64,000 nt of DNA from Gemmatimonadaceae bacterium. GTDB taxonomy: Bacteria > Gemmatimonadota > Gemmatimonadetes > Gemmatimonadales > Gemmatimonadaceae. Where the stretch lies: positions 258,303 through 322,302 of the forward strand of contig JBBDYC010000009.1 in the NCBI GenBank assembly GCA_040901985.1, in the 5' to 3' direction. Shown here piece after piece: positions 1-10,887 of this stretch. Numbering within the stretch: the first letter of the stretch is position 1; every line of letters begins with the position of its first letter. The notes under the pieces were generated by a model, which worked only from the letters and a program-made list of their open reading frames with translations, ran no database searches and was not told where the DNA came from. A program made the position numbers and the translations under genes.

Positions 1-4
1 GCTC

Positions 5-1552
5 GTGCCGTTCGTGAAGGCCGGCATCGAGGAGTGGCAGAGTGCCTTCGAGGCGGCGGGCTTCCGCCGCGCCATCATCGCCGCCGACGCGCCGACCAAG
101 GAAGAGGACCCCAACTGGTCGCCCGACGACGCCCGCTATTCGGTGATCCGCTGGTTGGCCTCGACCACCGAGAATGCCGTCGGCCCGAGCGTGGTGGACC
201 CGCGGTCGGGTGAGATCATCGAGGCCGACGTGATGATGTTCCACAACATCATGAACCTGCAGACCTGGTGGTACTGGACACAGGTCGGCCCGCTCGACCC
301 GCGCGCGGCGCGCCTCCCGCTCCCCGATTCGCTCCAGGGGCGCCTCGTGCAGTTCGTCGTCGCGCACGAGGTGGGCCATACCCTCGGCCTGCCGCACAAC
401 CAGGCCGCGTCGGCAATGTATCCGGCCGACTCGGTGCGCTCCCGCACCTGGGTCGAGCGGATGGGCCACTCGCCGAGCATCATGGACTACGCGCGCTTCA
501 ACTATGTCGCGCAGCCCGAGGACAACCTGCCGCTCCACACGCTCGTCCCGCAGGTGGGCCCGTACGACCGGTTCTCGGTCCAGTGGGGCTACTCGGTCTT
601 CCCCGGGACCACCGGCCCGGATGACGAACGCAACGCGCTCGACGCGCTGGCCCGTCAGCAGGACACGGTGCCGTGGTTCCGCTACGGCATCCCCGACGAC
701 TTTGGCGCCTTCCCGTACACGGCGTACAGCGAGGCCGTCGGCGACCAGGACGCCATCAAGAGCACGACGATGGGGCTCCGCAACCTCAGGCGCCTTGTCC
801 CGATGCTCGTGCCGGCGACGACGGACCCGTTGCAGGACGTCTCGTTCACCAAGGAGGGCTACGGCCGGCTCCTCGGCCAGTTCACCAACGAGATGCGCCA
901 CGTCGCCACGATCGTCGGCAGCGTGGACGGTCAGGAGAAGTACGGGTCGCAGCCGGGCCCGCGCTTCACGCCGATCCCGCGGGAGCGGCAGCGCGCCGCC
1001 GTGCAGTTCGTGCACGACAATCTCTTCACGACGCCCACCTGGCTCCTCGATCCGCAGATCCTGCGGCGCCTTGAGCCGGATGGCGCGGTCGCCCGCATCA
1101 ACATCACGCAGCGCAACATCCTCGCCACGATGCTGAATGACGAACGCCTGGCGCGCCTCGTGGAGTTCGAGGCGCTGCCGGGGACCGTCCGCCCGTATCC
1201 GCTCTCCGAGTACCTGGCGGACCTGCGGACCGGGATCTGGAGCGAGCTCTCGGCCGGCTCCGTGCGCGTGGACGCGTTCCGTCGCGGCCTCCAGCGCATC
1301 CATCTCGAGGCAATCAAGGCGAAGTTGGATGCCAATCCGCCGACGACGCCGCGTATCTCGAGCAGCGCGCAGACCGGGCAGAGCTTCACGGCCCCGGCCC
1401 GTCCGAGCACCGACGTGAAGGGGATGTTGCGGCAGGAACTGCGCACGCTCGACGCGCAGCTCGCGGCGGCCCAGTCGAAGGTCGGCGACGCCGCCACCCG
1501 CGCGCACGTGGCCGACGCGCGCTGGCAGATCAAGCAGTTGCTCGAGCCGTAA
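5..1552 (+). CDS. Zinc-dependent metalloprotease (DUF5117/DUF4953, EcxA-like), probably truncated at the window edge
   Basis: Metzincin motif HEVGHTLGLPHN, Met-turn SIMDY, DPRSGEII motif. Confidence 0.85.
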   Translation: MPFVKAGIEEWQSAFEAAGFRRAIIAADAPTKEEDPNWSPDDARYSVIRWLASTTENAVGPSVVDPRSGEIIEADVMMFHNIMNLQTWWYWTQVGPLDPRAARLPLPDSLQGRLVQFVVAHEVGHTLGLPHNQAASAMYPADSVRSRTWVERMGHSPSIMDYARFNYVAQPEDNLPLHTLVPQVGPYDRFSVQWGYSVFPGTTGPDDERNALDALARQQDTVPWFRYGIPDDFGAFPYTAYSEAVGDQDAIKSTTMGLRNLRRLVPMLVPATTDPLQDVSFTKEGYGRLLGQFTNEMRHVATIVGSVDGQEKYGSQPGPRFTPIPRERQRAAVQFVHDNLFTTPTWLLDPQILRRLEPDGAVARINITQRNILATMLNDERLARLVEFEALPGTVRPYPLSEYLADLRTGIWSELSAGSVRVDAFRRGLQRIHLEAIKAKLDANPPTTPRISSSAQTGQSFTAPARPSTDVKGMLRQELRTLDAQLAAAQSKVGDAATRAHVADARWQIKQLLEP

Positions 1553-1606
1553 CGGCGTTCGAACCGCGCCGGTCGGTCGCCAACGACCGGAGCGGGGCTG
1601 GACCGA

Positions 1607-1642
1607 GGGGGCCCGGTGGACGAAGCTGTCCGCCGGGCCCCC
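1607..1642. terminator. GC-rich hairpin between convergent genes
   Basis: gggggcccggtggac-gaagct-gtccgccgggccccc. Confidence 0.6.
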
Positions 1643-1662
1643 CTTGGTCTCGTCGCGCGGAA

Positions 1663-3747
1663 CTATCGGACGCGGACGATCTCGAGCGGTGCCCCCGACG
1701 GTCCGAACTTCAGCAGGCGGTGCGGCGCCGTGAGTTCGATCCAATAGGTCCCCGGCGCGTCGCCCCCGGTGTACGACACGCGATACGCCGCGAAGGTACC
1801 CAGCGGCACCGAGACGACCTCCTCGGCGACCACGCGGAACGTGCGTTGCTCGACCTCCCCCTTGCCGGACGCGAAGACGGCCACCGTAAAGCTGGCGTTG
1901 GGCGCCCAGTTGAAGTACGGCAACAGCGCCTGCAGCGCGTTGTCGTCCACCGTCCCCTCGGGGATCGGCACCGCCGTGTACCGCACCGGCTGCATCCCGC
2001 CCTGGCCACCGGGCGTGATGCCTTCGCCTGTCACAGTGCCGTCGCCGTAGCGCACCGAGAGCCGGAGTTCCTGCCCCTGGAACAGGCCCGATTGCTCCAC
2101 GGACCACATCGCGGCTGCGGCCGAGAAGCGCACCGTGGTCTGTTGTTGGATCAGCGTGCCGAGCACTGACTGCTCGGTGTACTGCCAGCCGTCGCCGAAG
2201 CGTTCCAGCGCCGAGACCTGATGGCCGAATGCCTGGCCCTGGACCAACACGGTGAACGAGTCGGTCGCCGGCGTCATCCTCCACCGGTCAATCTCGAGCG
2301 GGCGGCTGGGGACGACAACCGGAGCGACCGGCTGCGTCGGCGCGATCGGATTCCCCTCGACGTCCACCATCGTCACCGGCGCGATCCGCTCGAGCAGCTC
2401 ACGCACGAGATTCCCGTCGCCGACGACGACAATCAGCGCCGCATCGGCACGCATCCCGGCACGCGCCGCCGCCTGCGCCTGTTCACGCGTCACGGCGGAG
2501 AGCCGCTCCCGATACGTCTGCACGTAGTCCGTGGCGAGGCCGAGCAGCCGCGCGCGGGCCACCTGCGCCGCCACCTGGTCGGCCGTCTCAATCTGCAGCG
2601 GGAAGCGCCCCACCAGCGTCTGCTTCTGCCGCTCGAACTCCTCAAAGTCCAGGGGTTCGCTTCCCATCCGGCGCACCTGCAGCAGCAACTCCACCAGCGC
2701 CGAATCGGTCACCTCGGTCCGCACCTCGGCGCTGGCGCTGAAGTATCCGAGGCCGCGGGTCCGGGTGACGCCCGAGTACGCGCCGTACGTCCAGCCCTTC
2801 TGCTCGCGGAGGATCTGAAAGAGCCGCGCGTCGCTGGCGCCGCCGAGCACCTGATTGGCGAGCGCGAGCGCGTAGCCGCGGGTATCGGTCGGGAGCCAGG
2901 TCGTGTTGCCGACGAGGATGTTGGACTGCACCGACCCCGGCCGATGCACGAGGAGGATTTCCGATGTCGCGCGCTGGGGCGCCGGCCGCATCGGCGGCGT
3001 TGGCGGAAAGCGACGCACCCACGCGCCGAAGGACTGTTCGACCAGGCGATGCGCCTCGGTCGAGTCAATCGCCCCGGCAATCACCAGCAGGGCCTGCCCC
3101 GGCTGCACACGCGACGCGTGGAAGGCGACGAGATCGCTGCGAGTGATTGCCGTGACCGACGCCTCGGTGGGGCGGCGGCCGTACGGATGGTCGCCGTAGA
3201 GCGCCCGGGCGAACGCGCGCGACGCAATCGCGTCCGGCTGCGACTTCTCGAGCGCGAGCGCCGAGAGCGACTGCGTCCGCAACAGCTCCAGCTCCGACGG
3301 CGGAAAGGTCGGTCGCAGCAGGGCGTCGGCCATCAGCGAGAAGGCGAGCTCACGGTCGTCGCGCAGCACCGTCGCGTTGAGCGTCAGGAAATCCTGGCCG
3401 GCCGAGGCGCCCAGCGAGCCGCCAACGCGCTCGATGTCCGCCGCGATCTGCTCGGCCGAGCGGGTGCCGGCGCCCTTCGTCAGGAGGCCGGCCACGAGGT
3501 CGGCGGTGCCGCTCTTCCCCGCCGGGTCGTGGGTCGCCCCGCCGAGCACCGAGAGCGACAGCGAGAGCACCGGCTGCTTCTCGCTCGAGACGAGCACCAC
3601 GCGGAGCCCATTCTCGAGCTCGAACTCCACGAAAGGCGGGAAGAGCGTCGGCTCGAGCGGCAGCGGAGCGGGCGGCCGCGTCGGGAACTGGGCCGCCGCC
3701 GGAGCGGCCAACAGCACCAGGGCGATGATCGTCGAAAGCGCACGCAT
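1663..3747 (-). CDS. M16B peptidase, non-catalytic subunit with C-terminal extension
   Basis: Signal peptide, LENGLRV, RLFQILREQKGWTY; no HxxEH. Confidence 0.85.
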   Translation of the reverse strand: MRALSTIIALVLLAAPAAAQFPTRPPAPLPLEPTLFPPFVEFELENGLRVVLVSSEKQPVLSLSLSVLGGATHDPAGKSGTADLVAGLLTKGAGTRSAEQIAADIERVGGSLGASAGQDFLTLNATVLRDDRELAFSLMADALLRPTFPPSELELLRTQSLSALALEKSQPDAIASRAFARALYGDHPYGRRPTEASVTAITRSDLVAFHASRVQPGQALLVIAGAIDSTEAHRLVEQSFGAWVRRFPPTPPMRPAPQRATSEILLVHRPGSVQSNILVGNTTWLPTDTRGYALALANQVLGGASDARLFQILREQKGWTYGAYSGVTRTRGLGYFSASAEVRTEVTDSALVELLLQVRRMGSEPLDFEEFERQKQTLVGRFPLQIETADQVAAQVARARLLGLATDYVQTYRERLSAVTREQAQAAARAGMRADAALIVVVGDGNLVRELLERIAPVTMVDVEGNPIAPTQPVAPVVVPSRPLEIDRWRMTPATDSFTVLVQGQAFGHQVSALERFGDGWQYTEQSVLGTLIQQQTTVRFSAAAAMWSVEQSGLFQGQELRLSVRYGDGTVTGEGITPGGQGGMQPVRYTAVPIPEGTVDDNALQALLPYFNWAPNASFTVAVFASGKGEVEQRTFRVVAEEVVSVPLGTFAAYRVSYTGGDAPGTYWIELTAPHRLLKFGPSGAPLEIVRVR

Positions 3748-3748
3748 C

Positions 3749-5095
3749 TCAGCGACCCTCCGGCACGATCAGCAGGGTGAGCGAGTTCTCGGGACGCAGG
3801 TACGTGCGCGCCACCCGACGGAGGTCGGCCAGCGTCACCGCCCCGTAGCGCGCGGCGTCGGTGTTGACTGCCTCCGGCGAGCCAAGGAACATCGCCGCGT
3901 AGTGCACGGCCTCGGAGACGGCGATGGCCTGCTGCCGCCCAAAGATCGTCTGCGCGCGCCAGGCGTTCTTCGCTTTCGTCAACTCGTCCGCGGTGATGGA
4001 TCCGCCGGCCGCGAGGAGCAGTTGCATCAGTCGCGTGTGCAGCGTATCCACGTCCACGCCCTGATTGGCGATCGCCAACGCGCCAAAGAGTCCCGTCCCG
4101 CGCATCGGTCCGAACGGGTTGTAGAGCGCCTGCGCCGCCACCGCGAGCTTGGCGTCGCGGACGAGCGTGCGGTTGAGCCGGCTGCTCTCCCCCGTTCCGA
4201 GGATCGTCGAGAGGAGCTCCAGCGCCGGAAAGTCGACGTGCGCCGGCGGCACGGTGCGGAACACCATGAGAATCGCCGGCAGGGTCGCGTTGGCGTCGGC
4301 GACGCGCTTCACCATCTCGCTGCCGACCGTCGGCATCGGTTCGCACGCCACCGCCGGGGGGAGCGGCCCACGGTGGATCCCGCCGAAGTAGTCGCTTACC
4401 AGCCGCCGCGCCTGCCCCGGGTCGAAATCCCCGACCACCACCAGCGTCGCATTGTTCGGCGCATAGTAGAGGTCGAAGAACCCCTGCACGTCCTCGACCG
4501 TCGCCGCCTCAAGGTCGCCCATCGAGCCGATGATCGAGTGTGCGTACGCGAAGCACCGGTCGCGGTCGTACACCAGCGGCACCGAGTCCACGAACGCCCC
4601 GAAGTACGGCTGGTTGTCGAACCGCATCCGGCGCTCCTCCTTCACCGCCTCCTGCTGGTTGGCGAGGTTCTCGGCGGTGACGGCCAGCGAGCGCATCCGG
4701 TCGGCCTCGAGCCAGAGCGCGAGGTTCAGCCGGTTGGAGGGCACCGTGTTGTAGTAGTTCGTGCGGTCGGGCGCCGTCGAGCCGTTGTACTGCCCTCCGG
4801 CGCGCTCGACCAGCTGGCCGTGCTCCGCCTTGCCGACGTTTGCCGAGCCCTGGAACATCATATGCTCGAAGAGATGGGCGAACCCGGTGCGCCCCGGGCG
4901 TTCGTTGCGGGAGCCGACATCGTACCAGACGTTGACCGCCACGACCTGCGCCGAGTGGTCCTCGACGAAGTGCACGCGGAGCCCGTTGGCGAGCGTGAAC
5001 GACTCCACGTGCACCGGCTCCGGCGCCTGCGCGCGCGGCGCGACGAGCGGAAGGGCAGCGGCGATCAGCGACGGCACCAGGACACGCAAACGCAT
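3749..5095 (-). CDS. M16B (pitrilysin/insulinase family) peptidase, catalytic subunit
   Basis: GFAHLFEHMMFQGS (HxxEH), VKEERRMR; start moved to the ATG of the MRLRVLVPS signal peptide. Confidence 0.9.
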   Translation of the reverse strand: MRLRVLVPSLIAAALPLVAPRAQAPEPVHVESFTLANGLRVHFVEDHSAQVVAVNVWYDVGSRNERPGRTGFAHLFEHMMFQGSANVGKAEHGQLVERAGGQYNGSTAPDRTNYYNTVPSNRLNLALWLEADRMRSLAVTAENLANQQEAVKEERRMRFDNQPYFGAFVDSVPLVYDRDRCFAYAHSIIGSMGDLEAATVEDVQGFFDLYYAPNNATLVVVGDFDPGQARRLVSDYFGGIHRGPLPPAVACEPMPTVGSEMVKRVADANATLPAILMVFRTVPPAHVDFPALELLSTILGTGESSRLNRTLVRDAKLAVAAQALYNPFGPMRGTGLFGALAIANQGVDVDTLHTRLMQLLLAAGGSITADELTKAKNAWRAQTIFGRQQAIAVSEAVHYAAMFLGSPEAVNTDAARYGAVTLADLRRVARTYLRPENSLTLLIVPEGR

Positions 5096-5139
5096 CACGG
5101 ACTCCGTTGGAAGTGTTCCGGCCCGGCGGCGCGCACCCG

Positions 5140-5643
5140 TCACCGCCCCGTGGACCCAAAGCCGCCGGCCCGATCGGTGGACTGCGCCACCACGCCGGTC
5201 TCGAACGCCATCGCCTCGTACCGCGCCAGCACCATCTGGGCAATCCGCTCGCCGTGCTGGATCCGCAGCGGCGTCGTCCCGCCGTTCTTCACCGGCACGC
5301 ACCACTCGTCGGGATAGTCGGCATCAATCGTCCCCGGACTGTTCACGATCACGAGATCGGTCTTCACGCTCGTGCCGCTCCGCGGTCGGACCTGCGCCTC
5401 GTACCCCGCAGGCAGCCGGGCGCGGAACCCCAGCGGGATCAGCGCCTTCTCGCCGGGCGCCAACTCCACTACACCCCCCGACGGTCCCACGGTCACGTCC
5501 CGCTCGGCCAGCGCGCCCTGCGCGAACACGCGCACGCGGCCCGCACTCAGGCAGGCGGCGAGGTCGTGACCGGCGCTCGCGGCGGTCGCGCGACGCGGGG
5601 GCTCCACCCCCTCGTGCAACGGCTCGAAGATGATCGTCGGCAT
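5140..5643 (-). CDS. dut: dUTP diphosphatase
   Basis: Motifs AGHDL, RPRSG, GTIDADY, RIAQ, RAGGFGSTG; start at ATG 5643. Confidence 0.95.
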   Translation of the reverse strand: MPTIIFEPLHEGVEPPRRATAASAGHDLAACLSAGRVRVFAQGALAERDVTVGPSGGVVELAPGEKALIPLGFRARLPAGYEAQVRPRSGTSVKTDLVIVNSPGTIDADYPDEWCVPVKNGGTTPLRIQHGERIAQMVLARYEAMAFETGVVAQSTDRAGGFGSTGR

Positions 5644-5723
5644 CGGCACTAAACCTAGCATCCTGCCGACTCGGGGTGAGGGGCGGGTGACACCCCGCCA
5701 GCGGCATCGGGTATGATTCGACC

Positions 5724-7514
5724 GTGATCGCCTTTGCCCACCTCCGCCGCGCCCTGTTCGCCGCCTGCCTCGCCGGGAGCTCGTTGGGCGCCGCGGCCGT
5801 GTCCGCGGCCGCGCAGGACGCGCCGCCCGTTGTCGCGCCCCCGGGACTCGCGCCGCCGGAAGATCCGCGTGAGGTCGGCCGCCGGGCCCAGGCCCAGTTC
5901 GAGGTGTTCCGCCGGGCCAACCTCCCGCGCGAGGCCTCCGGAAGCGGCGGCAAGTGCCAGGAAGAGGTCGGGCGCTTCTGCTACACCTACGATGAATCCA
6001 CACCCCACCCGCCGCCGGAGAACGCCCACATCGTCGCGGCGCGCGACCGGCTCGTCCGGCTCCTCGACTCACTCGCCGGCGCCAATCCCGCCGACAACTG
6101 GCTGAGCGGCCAGCGGGTGCGTTACCTCAACGAGAGTGGCCGGCACGACGTCGCGCTGCGGGCGGCCGAGGAGTGCCGGGCCTACGGCTGGTGGTGTGAT
6201 GCGCTCAAGGGCTTTGCGCTCCACGCGCTCGGCCGCTACGTCGAGGCAGAGACGGCGTACGACCGCGTGCTCGGACGGATGTCACCGGCCGAGCGCTGCG
6301 AGTGGCGCGACCTCTCGCTCTACCTCGACCAGGACACGCGTCGACAATACAACCGCCGAGCGTGCGGCACCGCGGCGCGCGACTCCCTCGAGGCGCGGAT
6401 CTGGTTTTACGCACGCACGCGCTACGGGATGCGCGGCAACGACTCGCGCACCGAGCACTTTGCGCGCCTCACCTACGCCGAGTTCGTGCGCGCGGCGCCA
6501 TCGGCATTCAACTTTGGATTCGACCACGACGAACGCGAACTCCTGCTGCGGTTCGGCTGGCCACGCGGCTGGTCGCGCGGACCCGACATCTACGTGCCGA
6601 TGGGCGCCACCTACGACGGCCCGCCATTCACCGTGACCGGCCACGATCCCACGCCGGCCCATCGCTTCATCCCGCCCTTCCACGTGCTGTCCACGCCGAC
6701 CGTGTCGGACTCCGTGGACTGGGCGGTGCAGCTGCCCCCCGTCGTGGCGCGCTACCAGCCACCCTACGCCACGACCATCCTGATGCTTGAGCACCAGGAG
6801 GCGCTCTTTCGGCGCGGCGACACCGCGCTCGTGGTGCTCGCCTATGACGTCAGCGGCATCCGTGCGCTGGCCGGTGCCGCGCTCGATGGCGCGCTCGTCC
6901 TCGCGCACGGGGCCGGGCCTACTGCGTACGAGCACGTCGCCGGCGACGTGCCGGCCCGCGGCACCCTCACCGCCCGCGCGCCGTGGGGGCCCCTGCTGAT
7001 GAGCGCCGAGATCGCGGCCGTGAAGCAGAAGACCCTGGTGCGGGCGCGCTACGGCATCCGGCCACCCTTCGCGCCGGGACGGCGCGTCTTTCTCAGCGAC
7101 CTCCTCTTCTACACACCGTACGGCGAGTTCCCGACCACCGTCGAGGAGGTCCTGCCGCACGCCCTGCCCACCCAGCGCGTGCGCGCCTCGGCCCCACTCG
7201 GCGTCTACTGGGAGGCCTACAACACCGACCCGACCGGAGAGGCGATGACCATCTCACTCACCGTCGTGCCGGAGACCGAGGAGGTCGGCCTGTTGCGCCG
7301 CGGCGCGCGGTCGCTGGGCCTCGCGCGCGAGTCGGCGCCGGTGAGCATTACCGTGAACGACCGCTCGGCGCGCGGCGGCACGATGTCGGCGCGCGCCGTC
7401 CAGCTGGACATCTCCACGCTCCGGCGCGGGGAATACCTGGTCCAGCTCGAGATCAGCGTGGCCGGACAGTACAGCATCCGTACCGATCGCCGGATCGTCG
7501 TCACTGGGCCGTGA
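5724..7514 (+). CDS. Exported hypothetical protein
   Basis: 596-aa ORF with signal peptide and host-like codon usage. Confidence 0.7.
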   Translation: MIAFAHLRRALFAACLAGSSLGAAAVSAAAQDAPPVVAPPGLAPPEDPREVGRRAQAQFEVFRRANLPREASGSGGKCQEEVGRFCYTYDESTPHPPPENAHIVAARDRLVRLLDSLAGANPADNWLSGQRVRYLNESGRHDVALRAAEECRAYGWWCDALKGFALHALGRYVEAETAYDRVLGRMSPAERCEWRDLSLYLDQDTRRQYNRRACGTAARDSLEARIWFYARTRYGMRGNDSRTEHFARLTYAEFVRAAPSAFNFGFDHDERELLLRFGWPRGWSRGPDIYVPMGATYDGPPFTVTGHDPTPAHRFIPPFHVLSTPTVSDSVDWAVQLPPVVARYQPPYATTILMLEHQEALFRRGDTALVVLAYDVSGIRALAGAALDGALVLAHGAGPTAYEHVAGDVPARGTLTARAPWGPLLMSAEIAAVKQKTLVRARYGIRPPFAPGRRVFLSDLLFYTPYGEFPTTVEEVLPHALPTQRVRASAPLGVYWEAYNTDPTGEAMTISLTVVPETEEVGLLRRGARSLGLARESAPVSITVNDRSARGGTMSARAVQLDISTLRRGEYLVQLEISVAGQYSIRTDRRIVVTGP

Positions 7515-7564
7515 GGCGCGCACCGGCGCTGGGCGGCACGCGGACCGCGATTAGATTCCCCCCG

Positions 7565-8473
7565 ATGCACGTCTTGGCGCGACTCCTCGGCTTCCTCCCC
7601 GCCCTGCTCTCGGCACAGGCATCGGACTCGCTGGCACGCCCCACCACCGACTCGACGGCGCGGCCGGTCGCTGCGCGCGCGGTGACACCTCTCCCCGGCG
7701 CCATCCTCCCGGGGAAGCGGGTGATTGCCTTCTACGGCAATCCGCTTTCCCGGCGAATGGGCGTGCTCGGCGAGTATCCGCCCGACGAGATGCTCGCGAT
7801 GCTCGACGCCGAGGTCGCCGCGTGGGAGGCGGCCGACCCGGCGACCCCGGTCCAGCCCGCGCTCCATCTCATCGCCGTGGTCGCGCGCGAGTTGCCGGGC
7901 CCCGACGGCAAGTACCGCGGCCGGATGGCCGACACGCTGATTGACCGCGTGGTGCAGTGGGCCGAGACGCGCAACGCGATCGTCTTCCTCGACTTCCAGG
8001 TGGGCTACTCCACGCTGCAGGAGGAGTTGCCGCGGTATGAGCGCTTCCTCGCGCGCCCGGGAATCCACGTCGGGATAGACCCCGAGTTCGCGATGAAGAA
8101 CGGGGGCATCCCCGGCAGGCATATGGGGACGATGGACGCCGAGGACGTGAACTTCGCCGTGCGCTACCTCGCCGGCCTCGTGCGGAGACACGAGCTGCCG
8201 CCGAAGATCCTCGTCGTGCACCGTTTCACGCGTCGTGGCGTGACGAATGCCGACCAGATCCGCCTCGACCCGGCCGTGCAGATCGTGATGCATATGGACG
8301 GCTTCGGCACCCCCACGCTCAAGCGGGCGACCTTCCGCCAGTACATCCAGCCCGAGCCGGTGCAGTTCGTCGGGTGGAAGCAGTTCTACAAGGCGCGGAA
8401 CGACAATCCGCGGACCACGATCGAGGAGATCCTGGCGCTGCGGCCGAAGGTGGTGTACGTGCAGTATCAGTGA
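7565..8473 (+). CDS. Conserved hypothetical exported protein
   Basis: AFYGNP..MGVLGE, HVGIDPEF, MHMDGFG motifs; start at ATG 7565. Confidence 0.7.
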   Translation: MHVLARLLGFLPALLSAQASDSLARPTTDSTARPVAARAVTPLPGAILPGKRVIAFYGNPLSRRMGVLGEYPPDEMLAMLDAEVAAWEAADPATPVQPALHLIAVVARELPGPDGKYRGRMADTLIDRVVQWAETRNAIVFLDFQVGYSTLQEELPRYERFLARPGIHVGIDPEFAMKNGGIPGRHMGTMDAEDVNFAVRYLAGLVRRHELPPKILVVHRFTRRGVTNADQIRLDPAVQIVMHMDGFGTPTLKRATFRQYIQPEPVQFVGWKQFYKARNDNPRTTIEEILALRPKVVYVQYQ

Positions 8474-8486
8474 CGGAGGGGAACGG

Positions 8487-9071
8487 TCACCGCACCAGCA
8501 CCACTCCCGCGACGCCGTCCGTCTGGGCAAAGAGCTTGCCGTTGGGATTGTAGAAGAAGATGCGCCGCTTGCGGCCCTCGACGATCTCATCGGCCTGGGC
8601 GAATCGCTGCACGAGCGCGAGCTGCCCATCCTCGCGGACGGGGAACGTCGCGGCCGGAAAGCTGACGAAGACCTCGTCGGCCTGGATATCCACCAGCGCC
8701 GTCTCTCGCGTCTGGCGGATGATTGCCAGGGCCTCCTCGCGCTGGAGCGGCGTGGCGATGATGTCCGACGGCACCACGCCGGGCTCGAACGTGGGCTCGC
8801 CGGGGCCCGTGAGCGCCCAGAGCACCAGCACCACGACGATGCCCGTCGTGGCCCACCGCACCACCGGGGTCTGCCTCAGGAACGCCGCCTTGGCCTTGGC
8901 GAAGGTTTCGCCGACCCGGCCGGCGAGTGCCTTCCAGTTGGACCCGGCGACGCGCATGCGTTTGGTCTGCCGCTGCCGCGACCCCGCATCCACGGGATAC
9001 GGGGTGAAGCAGTAGGGGCAGACGCGGAGGTTATTGCTCTCGCGGTTGCAGGCGGAACAGAGCATGGGCAC
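8487..9071 (-). CDS. Hypothetical membrane protein with N-terminal zinc ribbon
   Basis: CSAC..CPYC plus one TM helix. Confidence 0.7.
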   Translation of the reverse strand: MPMLCSACNRESNNLRVCPYCFTPYPVDAGSRQRQTKRMRVAGSNWKALAGRVGETFAKAKAAFLRQTPVVRWATTGIVVVLVLWALTGPGEPTFEPGVVPSDIIATPLQREEALAIIRQTRETALVDIQADEVFVSFPAATFPVREDGQLALVQRFAQADEIVEGRKRRIFFYNPNGKLFAQTDGVAGVVLVR

Positions 9072-9193
9072 GACTAAATGAAAGCCGCGTGGGGTGTCCG
9101 GGCAATGGAGCGCGCCTCGGTGCGGACGCCTGGATTTGGCGCTATGTTTCGCGGGTGAGCCGACTCCCCCATCACATTTCTGGAGACTGTATT

Positions 9194-9616
9194 ATGCGCA
9201 CCGTTGCCACGCTGGTTGCCGTCGCATTGCTTGCCAGCTGTGCCCCGAAGGAGCCGGAGACCGCGGCTGGTCCGACCCTCGCCGATTTTGCCGGAACCTG
9301 GCAGGTCTCGTCAATGCTGACGGGCACGGCCGCTCCCGTGCAGTCCACGATGAGCGGCACCGCGGACTCCAGCAGTTGGACGATGTCCCTCGAGGGTCGG
9401 CCGAATATTGCCCTCCAAGTCTCCGTTGTCGGGGATAGCCTGATCGGGCGGACCGCGGAGTACGAGAGCGTCCTGCGGCCCGGCGTGATGGTGTCGGTCC
9501 GCACGGCGAGCGCGATGAGCGGCGGCGCGCTGGCGGGGACCGTGACGGCGACGTACAAGACGGCCGCGGGCGAAGAGGTGGTGAACGGAACGTTTACGGC
9601 GACGAAGATGATGTAG
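9194..9616 (+). CDS. Hypothetical lipoprotein
   Basis: GGAG RBS, lipobox LLASC. Confidence 0.7.
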   Translation: MRTVATLVAVALLASCAPKEPETAAGPTLADFAGTWQVSSMLTGTAAPVQSTMSGTADSSSWTMSLEGRPNIALQVSVVGDSLIGRTAEYESVLRPGVMVSVRTASAMSGGALAGTVTATYKTAAGEEVVNGTFTATKMM

Positions 9617-9631
9617 GTGGTGGTCGGGAGT

Positions 9632-9678
9632 AAAGCAGGCGACCCGGCAACGCTTCGCGTTGCCGGGTCGCCTGCTTT
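9632..9678. terminator. Bidirectional intrinsic terminator
   Basis: Perfect 22-bp inverted repeat aaagcaggcgacccggcaacgc between convergent genes. Confidence 0.85.
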
Positions 9679-9687
9679 GTGCGCCTC

Positions 9688-10770
9688 CTACGGCGTGATC
9701 GGCCTCGGCGACGCCACCTGCTGCATCAAGTCGTTGTCCCACTCGCCCGTGACCCGCACGTGAGCCGCCGCGCCGAGGAGCACGGCCTCAATCAGATTGT
9801 GATTGAGGTAGACGTAGAGTCCCGGCTGCCTGAACTGGTAGAGCGCCGCGACCGCCGACCCGCCTTCGACAAACCACGTTTCGAGGTTCGTCGCCGGAAT
9901 GTCCGCGAATGACCCGCCCCGCCAGACCAGGTCTCCGTGCCCGCCAATCAGGTGCGGACGGGAGTCGCGATTGGCCTGCGAGTGGATGAAGAGCACGCGC
10001 TCGCCGACCGCGGCCGTCAGTGCCTTGTCGCCGGTGAGCGCGCCGACGGCGCCGTTGAACACCACGTGCGTGGGCGTCAGCGTCCGCATCACGGCGAGCA
10101 TGTCCGCCATCCCCGCCGCCGGGCTGGCGTACTGTTTGAACTGCCCGGATGGATCCCGCGGCAGGTAGTAGTCCTGCTCGCCGATGTAGTAGGCCCGGTC
10201 ATAGGTCACCGAGCGGCCGGCGGCGTCCTGCAGGCCATCCCGCGGCAGGACCATGATTGCGCCATTCATTCCCGACACCACGTGCCAAGGGGTCATCGTC
10301 CCACCCGGTGCGCAGTGGTAGACGAACACACCCGCCTTGGTCGCCTTGAAGCGCAACACGACCTCCTGCCCCGGCGCGACGTTCGTCAACTCGCCGCCGC
10401 CGAGTGCGCCGGTGGCCGCGTGAAAGTCGATGTTGTGCATCAAGGTGTTCGTGGCCGGGTTGACGAGAGTCAACTCGACGTGGTCGTCCTGATGCACCAC
10501 AATCAGTGGGCCGGGAACCGACCCATTGAACGTCATGGCCCAGACCGTTTCGCCGCCGGGGCCGACTGTGATCTGCCTCTCCGAGATCACCAAGCGCACC
10601 TGCACCACCTTTGGCGGGCCCGAGGCAACCTGATCGTGAGCAGGCACGAAGGGCGGCGCCACAAGGGTCTGCGTGACTCGCTCAAGGGCGTCGGCACCGG
10701 CTCCATCTGGGGCTCGGGTGCAGGCCAACGCGAGGGAAAGCGATGCAGCGACGGCAAGTGAACTACGCAT
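9688..10770 (-). CDS. nirK: Copper-containing nitrite reductase (lipoprotein)
   Basis: [39 protein letters not shown]; lipobox LALAC; start ATG 10770. Confidence 0.95.
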   Translation of the reverse strand: MRSSLAVAASLSLALACTRAPDGAGADALERVTQTLVAPPFVPAHDQVASGPPKVVQVRLVISERQITVGPGGETVWAMTFNGSVPGPLIVVHQDDHVELTLVNPATNTLMHNIDFHAATGALGGGELTNVAPGQEVVLRFKATKAGVFVYHCAPGGTMTPWHVVSGMNGAIMVLPRDGLQDAAGRSVTYDRAYYIGEQDYYLPRDPSGQFKQYASPAAGMADMLAVMRTLTPTHVVFNGAVGALTGDKALTAAVGERVLFIHSQANRDSRPHLIGGHGDLVWRGGSFADIPATNLETWFVEGGSAVAALYQFRQPGLYVYLNHNLIEAVLLGAAAHVRVTGEWDNDLMQQVASPRPITP

Positions 10771-10842
10771 GGCGGATTCGGGCGAAGGTGGATGGTTGCG
10801 CGTGACGAGTTCGGTGATGCCTGCTCGCGCCGAGAAAAGCAG

Positions 10843-10875
10843 ACGACCCTGCCGCAAAATACGCGGCAGGGTCGT
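10843..10875 (-). terminator. Hairpin downstream of the tRNA-Pro 3' fragment (probable original tRNA terminator)
   Basis: acgaccctgccgc-aaaatac-gcggcagggtcgt. Confidence 0.6.
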
Positions 10876-10887
10876 GCCCGGCATACT

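Noticed and set aside
2221..5317. Long antisense ORFs (2221-3780, 3377-5317; likewise 7217-8629, 57054-58820, 61966-63603)
   Set aside because: Shadow frames of well-supported genes in high-GC DNA, with no motifs.
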